NCBI GenBank assembly: GCA_964622895.1
Contig: CAZUSB010000003.1
Span: 2,403-39,022, forward strand
DNA from: an uncultured Candidatus Saccharibacteria bacterium
Lineage (GTDB): Bacteria > Patescibacteriota > Saccharimonadia > Saccharimonadales > Saccharimonadaceae
Direction: 5' to 3'
Length of the DNA stretch: 36,620 nucleotides
The position numbers and the translations under genes are program-made. Under the pieces are notes generated by a model, which searched no databases, was not told where the DNA came from, and saw nothing but the letters and a program-made list of their open reading frames with translations. How positions within the stretch are numbered: position 1 is the stretch's first letter; every line of letters begins with the position of its first letter. Positions 15,193 to 24,168 of this stretch are shown here, one piece after another.

Positions 15193-16173
15193 ATGGATGA
15201 AATAATAAAATCTGCTAAAAAAATTGTTGTTGTTCAACCTGAAAATCCAGACGGCGACTCCGTTGGTAGCGCTTTGGCTTTAGAAGAAATTCTCGGCGAT
15301 CTAGGCAAAGAAGTAACTTTGCACTGTCCAGTTGATATACCAAAGTATTTACGCTACATACAGGGATGGGATCGTATTACCTCAGATTTTGATAGTTCAG
15401 CTGATGTGGCGATTATCGTTGACACGCAGGCAGATATTTTATTATCACAATCATATGAAATTCCAGGTTTTAGACATTTTCTAGATACTCATCCTGTGAT
15501 CATACTAGACCATCACGAAACAAAATCTGATTTGTCATTTGAACATGAACTATATTACGAACCCGTATCTGCTACCGGTGAATTGATATTTGATATAGCA
15601 ACAAAGTATGATTGGCCAGTCAATAAATCGGCAGCAGAAAATATGCTCGTTGCTATTTTAAGTGACACTCTGGGACTAACCACTGAATCGGCTAACGCTC
15701 AAACATTTCTGACTGTCTCCAAGTTGATCTCTCTCGGTACTTCAGTCACAGAAATTGAGCAAAGAAGACGCGAATACATGAAAAAATCAGTCGCAATTTT
15801 GAAGTACAAAGGTGAATTACTTGAAAGGATTAACTATCATCTGAACGACAAGCTTTCACTAATACATATTCCGTGGGATGAGATTAAAACATATAGTGAC
15901 CAATACAATCCAAGTGTTTTAGTACTTGATGAAATGCGCATGGTGCAAAATGTAGAAGTAGCAATAGCCATCAAGACTTATCCTGATGGAAAATTAACAG
16001 GAAAAATTCGTGCCAATATTCCAGTTGCCGATACCATAGCTAATTATTTTGGTGGTGGTGGACACAAATACGCAGCTGGGTTTAGAATATACCAAGATTA
16101 CGAGGAAACAATTAACGAAATAATCACCGCTACAGCGGAGGCAATTGACAACTATGACAGTCAAGCTCTATAA
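15193..16173 (+). CDS. nrnA: DHH/DHHA1 family phosphoesterase (NrnA-like oligoribonuclease / pAp phosphatase)
   Basis: 326 aa. Motifs present are DGDSVGS, IVDT, LDHH and GGGHKYAAG. Confidence 0.75.
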   Translation: MDEIIKSAKKIVVVQPENPDGDSVGSALALEEILGDLGKEVTLHCPVDIPKYLRYIQGWDRITSDFDSSADVAIIVDTQADILLSQSYEIPGFRHFLDTHPVIILDHHETKSDLSFEHELYYEPVSATGELIFDIATKYDWPVNKSAAENMLVAILSDTLGLTTESANAQTFLTVSKLISLGTSVTEIEQRRREYMKKSVAILKYKGELLERINYHLNDKLSLIHIPWDEIKTYSDQYNPSVLVLDEMRMVQNVEVAIAIKTYPDGKLTGKIRANIPVADTIANYFGGGGHKYAAGFRIYQDYEETINEIITATAEAIDNYDSQAL

Positions 16174-17593
16174 CACTCGCAAAAAAGAAACTGAATCGTT
16201 TAAACCGATAAACGACAAAGAGATAACGATCTATTCTTGCGGACCAACTGTTTATAATGATCTACATATTGGTAATTGGAGCGCCTATATCTATTGGGAT
16301 ATTTTAGTGCGCACACTCAGAGCCAATAACTACCAGGTAAAGCAAGTTATAAATATTACCGACGTAGGTCATTTGACAGATGATGGCGACGACGGCGAAG
16401 ATAAACTTGAAGTCAAGGCTAGCCAAGAAGGCAATGATGCATGGAGTGTGGCCGCTAAACACACTACCAGCTATCTAGCGGGTAGAGATAAATTAAATTT
16501 ACTTGAACCATATAAATTTGCACTGGCAACAGACTATATCCCTCAGCAACTCGAATTTGTTGAGAAACTAAACGACAAGCAAATGATATATGAGCTAAAA
16601 GATGGTTTATATTTTGACACTACTCGATTTCCGAGATACGCAGACTTCGCAGGACTTAATCTAAAGGAGCAACAAACTGGCACTCGGCAGATTATCAATT
16701 CAGACAAAAAACAGCCACAAGATTTTGCCGTGTGGAAGTTTTCACCTCAAGACAAAAAACGATCTATGGAATGGCCTACGCCACTCAGTCTCACACCAAA
16801 CAGCCAGACAGAGAAGATGGGCTTTCCCGGATGGCACCTAGAGTGCTCAGCCATCATCATGGCCGAACTTGGCGAGACTATTGATATTCATACCGGGGGT
16901 ATAGACCATATTCCGACTCATCATACCAATGAGATTGCGCAGAGCGAAAGCTTAACTGGGCTACCGCTAGCAAATTACTGGTTACACAACAATCACATGA
17001 AGTCTGATGGAGTAAAGATTAGTAAGTCGCTTGATAACGGTTATACGCTTGACGACTTAGAAACAAGGGGTTTTACCCCAGATGATTTTAAAATGTTTGT
17101 CCTACAGAGCCATTATCAAAATGAAAGTAACTTTACATTTGAGAATCTACAATCAGCCTCTAACCGTCTAAACAATTGGAAAAAATATGCTGTCATCAGG
17201 CATCAATCCTATCAAACCCTAACTACTGGCGAAGATAAATTAACATTTTTCCCAGAGATCTCTTTGTTGCGCGAGATACTTAACGACAACCTAAACACAC
17301 CTAAAGCCCTGAGTTTTATAGACGAAATTTTTAGTAAAATTGATAATACTCACAAAGAAATAGACCAGAGCTCGTTTTCCGAACTCCTAAAAACGATTGA
17401 TAAACTGCTAGGTTTTAAACTGATAGAGTCTACTCCTGACATTGACGATGAAACAAAATCGCTTATACTAGAACGTCGCAACTACAGAGAAGCTAGCGAA
17501 TGGGAAAAGGCTGATCAAGTTCGTGATGAGCTAGCAAAAAGAGGCGTCGCTATTAACGACACCTCAAATACAAGTTATTGGTATTATATCTAG
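16154..17593 (+). CDS. cysS: Cysteine--tRNA ligase
   Basis: It has the CGPTVYNDLHIGN (HIGH) motif, the WHLEC Zn ligands and KISKS (KMSKS). ATG 16154 (MTVKLYNT) is preferred over the ORF-track TTG 16145. It overlaps the nrnA 3' end by 20 nt. Confidence 0.93.
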   Translation: MTVKLYNTRKKETESFKPINDKEITIYSCGPTVYNDLHIGNWSAYIYWDILVRTLRANNYQVKQVINITDVGHLTDDGDDGEDKLEVKASQEGNDAWSVAAKHTTSYLAGRDKLNLLEPYKFALATDYIPQQLEFVEKLNDKQMIYELKDGLYFDTTRFPRYADFAGLNLKEQQTGTRQIINSDKKQPQDFAVWKFSPQDKKRSMEWPTPLSLTPNSQTEKMGFPGWHLECSAIIMAELGETIDIHTGGIDHIPTHHTNEIAQSESLTGLPLANYWLHNNHMKSDGVKISKSLDNGYTLDDLETRGFTPDDFKMFVLQSHYQNESNFTFENLQSASNRLNNWKKYAVIRHQSYQTLTTGEDKLTFFPEISLLREILNDNLNTPKALSFIDEIFSKIDNTHKEIDQSSFSELLKTIDKLLGFKLIESTPDIDDETKSLILERRNYREASEWEKADQVRDELAKRGVAINDTSNTSYWYYI

Positions 17594-17596
17594 CGT

Positions 17597-18715
17597 TTAT
17601 TTATCTCGCTTTTTGGTAGACTTTTTTTCGGTATTAGTGGGAAACTTGTTACCTGATCCATATTCTTCCCACAAAACCTGAATTGTACCAGCGACCGGAA
17701 TAGCAATTAAACCTCCGACTACACCGTACATATATACACCTAAAGTAATAGCTATCAATATAACAAGCGGGGACAGTGCAATACGTTTTCCCTGGACAAT
17801 TGGCTGAATAAAGTTATTCTCTATTTGTTGATAAATGACAAAGAATACCGCATAGATAATAGCTGCTGGAAATGAGTTCATTGCCAAAACTAAAGCTGCA
17901 ATCGTTCCAGCGATGGCTGCGCCAAACATAGGAATTAGTGACAAAGTAAATGTTATAACTGCAATCGGAGCGGCCAAGTTGCTTGGTATGTCATGAAATA
18001 GCATACTCAAAATAAAGGCCATTAGTCCAGCTGATGTTGCACCAATTGCAGATACAATCAGTTGACCGTTTACATAGCCAGTCACTACGCCGTAAACTCG
18101 ATTCAATACACGTTTTTGCTTTTCACGTTTTTCGGGCGATTTAACGGCATTGAGGTACCCTTGTATCCACGCTGGACCTTCTAGTAACATCAAAAAAGTT
18201 AATACCAAAACCAAGATTAGAGCAGTAAGAAATTCCATGACTGAGCCGATACTGCCGACTGCTGCTTTACCTAAACTACTCGCCATGTTGGTTGCTAGTT
18301 GCTGTAAAGACGCCAAAGCTTCTTGAAGAGAGGCTTCGAGCCCATAACGTGACAGGACATCACTGAGCGCTGTCCACTTGTCAATTACATTATCAACTAT
18401 CCCTGGGACGGCTTCAGTAAATTTAGCTGTCTGCTCTAACACTGGTGGAACGACTAAAGTTATAATCACACCTAGTAAAATAACAATTGCTATATAAGAA
18501 ATTGCGCTAGCAAATGCACGGCTCCTACCGGGTAGTTGCTTTGCCATTAGAGATACCGGCGTGTTTAGGGCAACCGCCATGAACACAGATACACCAATTA
18601 TTATTAGTCCTATTTGAGCTTTATGAATAGCAAAGCCTGCTAAAATAAAGGCGATAACCACAAACCAGAATCGAATCATGGTTTTTGTATCTATTGCGAT
18701 TTTTACTTTTTGCAT
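17597..18715 (-). CDS. AI-2E family transporter (PerM/UPF0118)
   Basis: 372 aa with about 8 TM helices. The layout and C-terminal IPVAGTIQV region are typical of UPF0118 permeases. Confidence 0.85.
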   Translation of the reverse strand: MQKVKIAIDTKTMIRFWFVVIAFILAGFAIHKAQIGLIIIGVSVFMAVALNTPVSLMAKQLPGRSRAFASAISYIAIVILLGVIITLVVPPVLEQTAKFTEAVPGIVDNVIDKWTALSDVLSRYGLEASLQEALASLQQLATNMASSLGKAAVGSIGSVMEFLTALILVLVLTFLMLLEGPAWIQGYLNAVKSPEKREKQKRVLNRVYGVVTGYVNGQLIVSAIGATSAGLMAFILSMLFHDIPSNLAAPIAVITFTLSLIPMFGAAIAGTIAALVLAMNSFPAAIIYAVFFVIYQQIENNFIQPIVQGKRIALSPLVILIAITLGVYMYGVVGGLIAIPVAGTIQVLWEEYGSGNKFPTNTEKKSTKKRDK

Positions 18716-18725
18716 GATACCTGTA

Positions 18726-18734
18726 ATTATACCA
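18726..18734 (-). promoter_or_regulatory. Extended -10 promoter TGgTATAAT (minus strand), 10 nt before the AI-2E ATG
   Basis: The reverse complement reads tgtggTATAATtacaggtatcATG, with no SD. Confidence 0.5.
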
Positions 18735-18779
18735 CAGTTAATTGAGCCGTCATAAATATTAAGGATAAATTAAGAATAG

Positions 18780-18788
18780 TGTTATAAT
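18780..18788 (+). promoter_or_regulatory. Extended -10 promoter TGtTATAAT, 7 nt before ATG 18796 (leaderless response-regulator mRNA)
   Basis: The sequence is tgttataat + tagagtt + ATG. The ATG is unambiguous because the protein begins MRVLIIEDE. No SD is present. Confidence 0.6.
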
Positions 18789-18795
18789 TAGAGTT

Positions 18796-19464
18796 ATGAG
18801 AGTACTAATTATAGAGGATGAACATAAAATCGCTAACGCTCTAAAAAGAGTTTTACAACAAGAGCATTATGCAGTTGACGTCAGTTACGACGGCGAAGAT
18901 GGATTAGTAATGGCGCTAACCGAACCCTATGACCTAGCGATTATTGACCTTGGACTACCTAAAAAGGGCGGACTTGATGTAATTAAAGAACTACGCCACA
19001 AAGATAATCATATGCCAATTATCGTATTAACAGCAAAAGGCTCTACGACTGACAAGGTCGCCGGACTAGATGCTGGGGCAGATGATTATATTCATAAGCC
19101 TTTTGCTATGGAGGAAGTTTTAGCTAGAGTGCGTGCACTACTCCGACGCCCAAAAGACCAACACTCCTCGGTACTTAGAATCGCCGACCTCGAGCTTGAT
19201 ACTGTCACCTACGAAGTCAAAAGATCTGGCAAGCGCATCCCACTAACTAGCAAAGAGTTCAGCCTGCTTGAATATTTAATGCGTAATCCTGGACGCCCGC
19301 TAAATAAAGACGAGATTATCAGCCACGTCTGGGATTATGACGCTGACGTACTGCCAAATACTGTTGAAGTTTATATTCGTTATTTGCGTCAAAAGATTGA
19401 TGATCCTTATGACACCCCATTGATACGCACCGCAAGAGGTTTTGGCTATAGCATTCAAGGGTAG
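18796..19464 (+). CDS. OmpR/PhoB-family response regulator
   Basis: 222 aa. The receiver domain has MRVLIIEDE, the phospho-acceptor D in AIIDLGLP, and LTAK. The C-terminal winged-helix domain has TSKEFSLLEYL and RGFGY. Confidence 0.92.
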   Translation: MRVLIIEDEHKIANALKRVLQQEHYAVDVSYDGEDGLVMALTEPYDLAIIDLGLPKKGGLDVIKELRHKDNHMPIIVLTAKGSTTDKVAGLDAGADDYIHKPFAMEEVLARVRALLRRPKDQHSSVLRIADLELDTVTYEVKRSGKRIPLTSKEFSLLEYLMRNPGRPLNKDEIISHVWDYDADVLPNTVEVYIRYLRQKIDDPYDTPLIRTARGFGYSIQG

Positions 19465-19482
19465 TTAAACGGACAAATAGTT

Positions 19483-20385
19483 TTGAAAAACTTTTTTAGC
19501 GCAGCAATACTTAGATTAACATTTAGCTATCTCGTTATATTAATGAGTGTATCTGTTCTGCTCAGCGGTATTATATATGTTGTTATGTATCGCGAGTTGT
19601 CGAGTAATTTATCTAGCTTGTATTTATTAAATTTAACAATTTTAATAATTGGCGGCATAACAAGTTATTTAATCGCGAAAAAAACTATAGGTTCGTTAGA
19701 AAAATCGCAAAATTCACAGATACGCTTTATTGCTGATGCCAGTCATGAACTAAAAACTCCACTAACTGCCTTAAAATCAGAGATAGAAGCAACACTTTAT
19801 TATAAAAAATCTACAAAAGAAGATTTCAAAAGAGCCCTAGAAAGTGCCGTAGAAGAAGCAGACAAAATGTCAGAATTAACATCTATGCTCTTGGAGCTTT
19901 CCAGAGTTAATACACTCGGCTACGACGAAAAACCAGTCGAAATAAATCACGCTATACAAACCGTGGTAGATCGCAGTCAATTTAATGACAGAATTGAATA
20001 TAAATGTTCACGCCCAGCCTTTATGAAGGGCAATGAAGTGGCGCTTGAGACTGTCTTTAGCATCCTGATTGATAACGCCTTAAAATATAGTCTAAAAAAG
20101 TCCAAGATTTATGTTGGTGTAACCCAATCTAACTCACGCATCATGATCAAAATAACAAATCAAGGTCAAGGGATTACTAAAAAAGACATGGAGCACATAT
20201 TTGATCATTTTTATCAAGGCGGTGGAAGTGGCGTCAAAAAATCAGGATACGGTATGGGGCTAGCTTTAGCAAAAGAAATCACCGAACACCATAGCGGACA
20301 TATAAATGTAAAAAGTACAACAGGCGAAAGCACAACATTTACAGTCGTTCTGCCAAAAAACAGTCGGAACTTAAGCGTTATCTAA
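19483..20385 (+). CDS. Sensor histidine kinase with two TM helices and a minimal extracellular loop (intramembrane-sensing type)
   Basis: 300 aa with a TTG start. It has 2 TMs separated by about 10 aa, the H-box ASHELKTPLT, the N box DNALKYS, and G boxes NQGQGI and GYGMGL. Confidence 0.88.
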   Translation: MKNFFSAAILRLTFSYLVILMSVSVLLSGIIYVVMYRELSSNLSSLYLLNLTILIIGGITSYLIAKKTIGSLEKSQNSQIRFIADASHELKTPLTALKSEIEATLYYKKSTKEDFKRALESAVEEADKMSELTSMLLELSRVNTLGYDEKPVEINHAIQTVVDRSQFNDRIEYKCSRPAFMKGNEVALETVFSILIDNALKYSLKKSKIYVGVTQSNSRIMIKITNQGQGITKKDMEHIFDHFYQGGGSGVKKSGYGMGLALAKEITEHHSGHINVKSTTGESTTFTVVLPKNSRNLSVI

Positions 20386-20455
20386 GGTTAATTTTTTATA
20401 CTATTTATAGCTCAAGCAACAATAGCTAGAGTTAATAAAAAAAGGAGGGTTTATT

Positions 20456-20917
20456 ATGAACACCACCATCACATTAAGTAAAAAGGGTCTAAAAGAGCTC
20501 AAAAAATCCATCACCAAACTAGAAAAAGAGCTTGCCAGCACCCGAGCTGGTTTAAAAGATATGGATAAAGATTTATCACGTGAGGGGCAACTTGAGAGAG
20601 TAGAGGCTGTTGCGGTTCTTCAAGCGATTGAACTGGAATTACTAGAAAAAAGGAGCCTACTGAAAAATTCACGCTTAGCCACGAAAAAGCCGAATCCAGT
20701 AAAAATTGCTATCGGTTCGGTTGTTGAACTAATAGATCGACATGGGAAAAAACTTAAAATTACAATCGTTGAAAGCGTAGAAGCTAATCCCTTTGATGGC
20801 CGAGTCTCTATTAAGAGTCCCTTAGGTATGGAGCTGCTTGGGCGCACCATAAAAGAGACAATTGAATTCACCACTCGCAAAGGCCAACAAAAATTACAAA
20901 TACTCGCCATCCATTAA
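20456..20917 (+). CDS. GreA/GreB-family transcription factor (non-canonical coiled-coil tip)
   Basis: 153 aa. It has an N-terminal coiled coil and a C-terminal GreA-type domain (GSVVEL..., VSIKSPLGMELLGRTIKETIEF). The SD is a strong AAGGAGGG. Confidence 0.7.
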   Translation: MNTTITLSKKGLKELKKSITKLEKELASTRAGLKDMDKDLSREGQLERVEAVAVLQAIELELLEKRSLLKNSRLATKKPNPVKIAIGSVVELIDRHGKKLKITIVESVEANPFDGRVSIKSPLGMELLGRTIKETIEFTTRKGQQKLQILAIH

Positions 20918-20919
20918 AA

Positions 20920-20928
20920 TGCTATAAT
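20920..20928 (+). promoter_or_regulatory. Extended -10 promoter TGcTATAAT, 7 nt before ATG 20936 (leaderless P-type ATPase mRNA)
   Basis: The sequence is tgctataat + agagcta + ATG, with no SD. It begins 3 nt after the upstream stop. Confidence 0.6.
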
Positions 20929-20935
20929 AGAGCTA

Positions 20936-23446
20936 ATGCTTTATTATAACAAAACATCTTCTAGAGTTTTAGAGGAGCTAAACAGTGATATAAACGGCTT
21001 AGGCACTAGTGCCGTAAGGTCTGCTGAAGCAAAATACGGTAAAAATGAAATAGTCTTCGAAACAACGCCTTTATGGCGCAAATTGGCTGAGCCCTTCACT
21101 GATATTTTTGTTGTCATTTTACTAATCGCGGTAATCCTTAGTGTCATAATGCACGAATATATAGACGCTGTCGTTATATCAGTTATTATAGCTATAAACA
21201 TTGGTATCGATTATGCGCAAAAATTTTCTACGGCAAAAATTTTAAATTCTTTACGAGACCAAGCTACTCAAGAAGTAACTGTTAAACGAAATCTCGAATT
21301 TATAAAAATAAAAGAGACCGATCTTGTTCCAGGAGATATTGTTATGCTTGCAGAAGGTAATCGTATTCCGGCCGACATTCGCATAATAGACTCGGCCTCT
21401 CTTTTTGTAAACGAATCCGCCTTAACCGGAGAATCGCTGCCTATTGTCAAAAACGAGAAAGCTATTCGCGGTATTAAAGATGTGTACGACCAAACAAACA
21501 TGTTATTCCAAGGGACGTTCGTCACTTCTGGCACATGCACGGGCGTAGTCTGCAATACTGGTGGGAACACCGAGTTCAGTAAAATTGCCAAACTAGTAAA
21601 TGTTGAGTCAGAGAAAAATCCAATTCAAAAAAAGATAACAAAACTAGTTAGCCAAATTATATTAATGGTGCTTGCGGTAGCAATAATTACATTCGCGCTG
21701 CTCTTACTTCGTGGAGAAAATATTTTAGAAGCACTACGTTTTGTTTTGGCACTATCTGTATCAGCCGTTCCAGAAGGACTGCCGATAACCGTATCTATAA
21801 TACTTGCGCTAGGCATGCGCACAATGGCTCGTCACAATGCCCTGGTTACAAACATGCGCTCTTTAGAAGTTATTGGATCTGTAAATGTTATTGCAACCGA
21901 CAAAACCGGAACATTATCAAAAAATCAACTGGTCATTCAAGAGTTATGGCAGGCACCGTTGACACACCCTATATTTAGTATAGAAGAAGCCGTGTCGCTA
22001 AGCCAAACCATCACGACTGGGGAAAACCCCGATCCTTTAGATGCAGTTATAGAAAAATATGCAGAGAATAAGGTAAAACCGCCACTAGAGCTGGTTCAAG
22101 CCATGCCCTTTGTACAAGAACTTACACTAAGTGGCAATGTTTATAAAGACAATACGTTTTATTATTGCGCGTTAAAAGGATCCCCCGAAAAAATGATTTT
22201 AATTTCAGATTTAACTGAAGAAGAAAGAGAACAGGCAAATCACACCTTAAATCATTTTACCAACCAAGGTTTTAGGGTTATTGCGCTTGGCATGTTAAAA
22301 ACAAAAAAGTCTTTTGCTAAACTCGAGGCTATTGCTAAGCAAAAAAATATCCAGTTAATTGGTTTTCTCGCGATTGCCGACGAGTTAAGACCAGAGTCAA
22401 AGTCTTCTGTAAAAATGGTTAAAGATGCTGGCATCTCTGTTCATATGATTACGGGCGATCACGCCAATACAGCGTACACAATAGGTAAGAATCTAGGCAT
22501 TGCAAGCAACCCAGATCAGGTCTTAGATTCAAGCAAAATAGATCAATTAACTTCTCATGAAGATATTAAAAAATTCAAGGTATTTTCGCGCATTATGCCT
22601 GAAGACAAATTTCGTATACTTTCTTTACTAAAAAGAGGGGATATTGTTGCCATGACGGGAGATGGCGTAAATGATGCACCGGCTTTGTCTAACGCACATG
22701 TTGGCATCGCCATGGGGGATGGTTCGCAAATTGCTAAAGATGCTAGCGACATAATTATATTAGACAATAACTTCGAAACTGTAGCAACGGCAATAAAGCA
22801 GGGAAGAATTATTATAGATAATATTAAACGTATTATCGTTTATCTTCTTTCTACAAATGCTGGTGAAGTAATCACGATGGTAACAGCATTGCTTGTTGGC
22901 TGGCCTGCGCCACTTTTGCCAATTCAAATTTTATGGGTAAACATAGTAACAGACACTACTATGGTAATTCCCCTAGGACTAGAGCCAGGAGAAAAAAATA
23001 TTATGACACGCAAGCCCTCTTCGCCAAATGCCCCTATATTAAGTCGCTTTATGATAATAAGAATGCTTATCACATCTTTGACTATCGCTTTCACTACACT
23101 CTTTGTCTACGGATTTTTCTTAAACAAAGCAGACCAAAGTTATGCCCAAAGCGCAGCCTTTTTGGCTTTGGTAGTTACGCAATGGGCAAACGCCTTCGCC
23201 ATGAGAAGCCATACCGAATCTGCTTTTTCTAGACTAAAAGTAAAAAATAAAGTGTTCTGGGGTATGCTAGCTGCGTCTATTTTAATACAATTCGCTGTCC
23301 TTGAGACCCCACTCGGACAATTACTGCATATAACGCCTCTTCACTATAGCGACTTTGCTTTGATTGCGCTTATCGCTTTTGTGGTGCCAATTGCAGTTTC
23401 TGAAATTCAAAAGTATATAGAAAAACGTCATCAAATTGAAATCTGA
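20936..23446 (+). CDS. Cation-transporting P-type ATPase (P2-like, PEGLP type)
   Basis: 836 aa. Motifs present are TGES, PEGLP, DKTGTLS (phosphorylation site), MITGD and TGDGVNDAPAL. It has about 10 TMs. Confidence 0.9.
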   Translation: MLYYNKTSSRVLEELNSDINGLGTSAVRSAEAKYGKNEIVFETTPLWRKLAEPFTDIFVVILLIAVILSVIMHEYIDAVVISVIIAINIGIDYAQKFSTAKILNSLRDQATQEVTVKRNLEFIKIKETDLVPGDIVMLAEGNRIPADIRIIDSASLFVNESALTGESLPIVKNEKAIRGIKDVYDQTNMLFQGTFVTSGTCTGVVCNTGGNTEFSKIAKLVNVESEKNPIQKKITKLVSQIILMVLAVAIITFALLLLRGENILEALRFVLALSVSAVPEGLPITVSIILALGMRTMARHNALVTNMRSLEVIGSVNVIATDKTGTLSKNQLVIQELWQAPLTHPIFSIEEAVSLSQTITTGENPDPLDAVIEKYAENKVKPPLELVQAMPFVQELTLSGNVYKDNTFYYCALKGSPEKMILISDLTEEEREQANHTLNHFTNQGFRVIALGMLKTKKSFAKLEAIAKQKNIQLIGFLAIADELRPESKSSVKMVKDAGISVHMITGDHANTAYTIGKNLGIASNPDQVLDSSKIDQLTSHEDIKKFKVFSRIMPEDKFRILSLLKRGDIVAMTGDGVNDAPALSNAHVGIAMGDGSQIAKDASDIIILDNNFETVATAIKQGRIIIDNIKRIIVYLLSTNAGEVITMVTALLVGWPAPLLPIQILWVNIVTDTTMVIPLGLEPGEKNIMTRKPSSPNAPILSRFMIIRMLITSLTIAFTTLFVYGFFLNKADQSYAQSAAFLALVVTQWANAFAMRSHTESAFSRLKVKNKVFWGMLAASILIQFAVLETPLGQLLHITPLHYSDFALIALIAFVVPIAVSEIQKYIEKRHQIEI

Positions 23447-23460
23447 TATTAAGACAGGAG

Positions 23461-23466
23461 TATAAT
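23461..23466 (+). promoter_or_regulatory. Possible -10 TATAAT 6 nt before ATG 23473 (or AGGAG 23456-23460 acts as a distant SD)
   Basis: The sequence is caggagTATAATaaacatATG, which leaves leaderless and SD-led readings both open. Confidence 0.35.
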
Positions 23467-23472
23467 AAACAT

Positions 23473-24168
23473 ATGGAAGAAAAAAATAATACCATAATTC
23501 AATTAAAAAAGGTTGGACGTTCTTACGGCAAGAAGAGTAATAAATTTGATGCTTTAAAAAATATTAATTTAACTATCACTAAGGGTGAGTCTGTGGCTAT
23601 AATTGGCAAAAGCGGTTCTGGAAAATCTACTTTAATGCACATTCTAGCTTTATTAGACAAACCAACAGCTGGCGAGATATTCATTAAAGGCACTCCCGCA
23701 AATAAATTATCAACTAGTAATTTAAACAAAATTCGTAATAAAAGTTTTGGTTTCGTTTTTCAGTCTTTTTTCATGAATGCCAACGACAGCGTTCTTAGCA
23801 ATGTAATGGTGCCTTTGGTTATAGCTGGCGTTCCCTATAGGAAACGTAAAGAAAAAGCTATTGCAGCACTAAAAAGCGTGGGTCTTATAGATAAAATTAA
23901 TTCTAAGGCAAACGACCTTTCTGGCGGACAAAAACAAAGGGTGTGTATTGCTCGAGCAATTGTCAATAGTCCATCAGTTATTTTTGCAGATGAGCCAACT
24001 GGCAACTTAGATAGCAAAACTGGCGAAAAGGTTAAGAACTTATTATTTGGCTTAAACAAAAAACGTGGAATAACTTTAGTTATCGTTACTCACGATCCAG
24101 ATTTAGCAAATCTATGCGACAGACAAATCTACATCAAAGATGGCGAAATACAACAGGAGACAAAATAA
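23473..24168 (+). CDS. ABC transporter ATP-binding protein (MacB/LolD/FtsE-like)
   Basis: 231 aa. It has a Walker A (GKSGSGKST), a Q-loop, the signature LSGGQKQR, a Walker B (IFADEPT) and an H-loop (VTHD). Confidence 0.9.
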   Translation: MEEKNNTIIQLKKVGRSYGKKSNKFDALKNINLTITKGESVAIIGKSGSGKSTLMHILALLDKPTAGEIFIKGTPANKLSTSNLNKIRNKSFGFVFQSFFMNANDSVLSNVMVPLVIAGVPYRKRKEKAIAALKSVGLIDKINSKANDLSGGQKQRVCIARAIVNSPSVIFADEPTGNLDSKTGEKVKNLLFGLNKKRGITLVIVTHDPDLANLCDRQIYIKDGEIQQETK

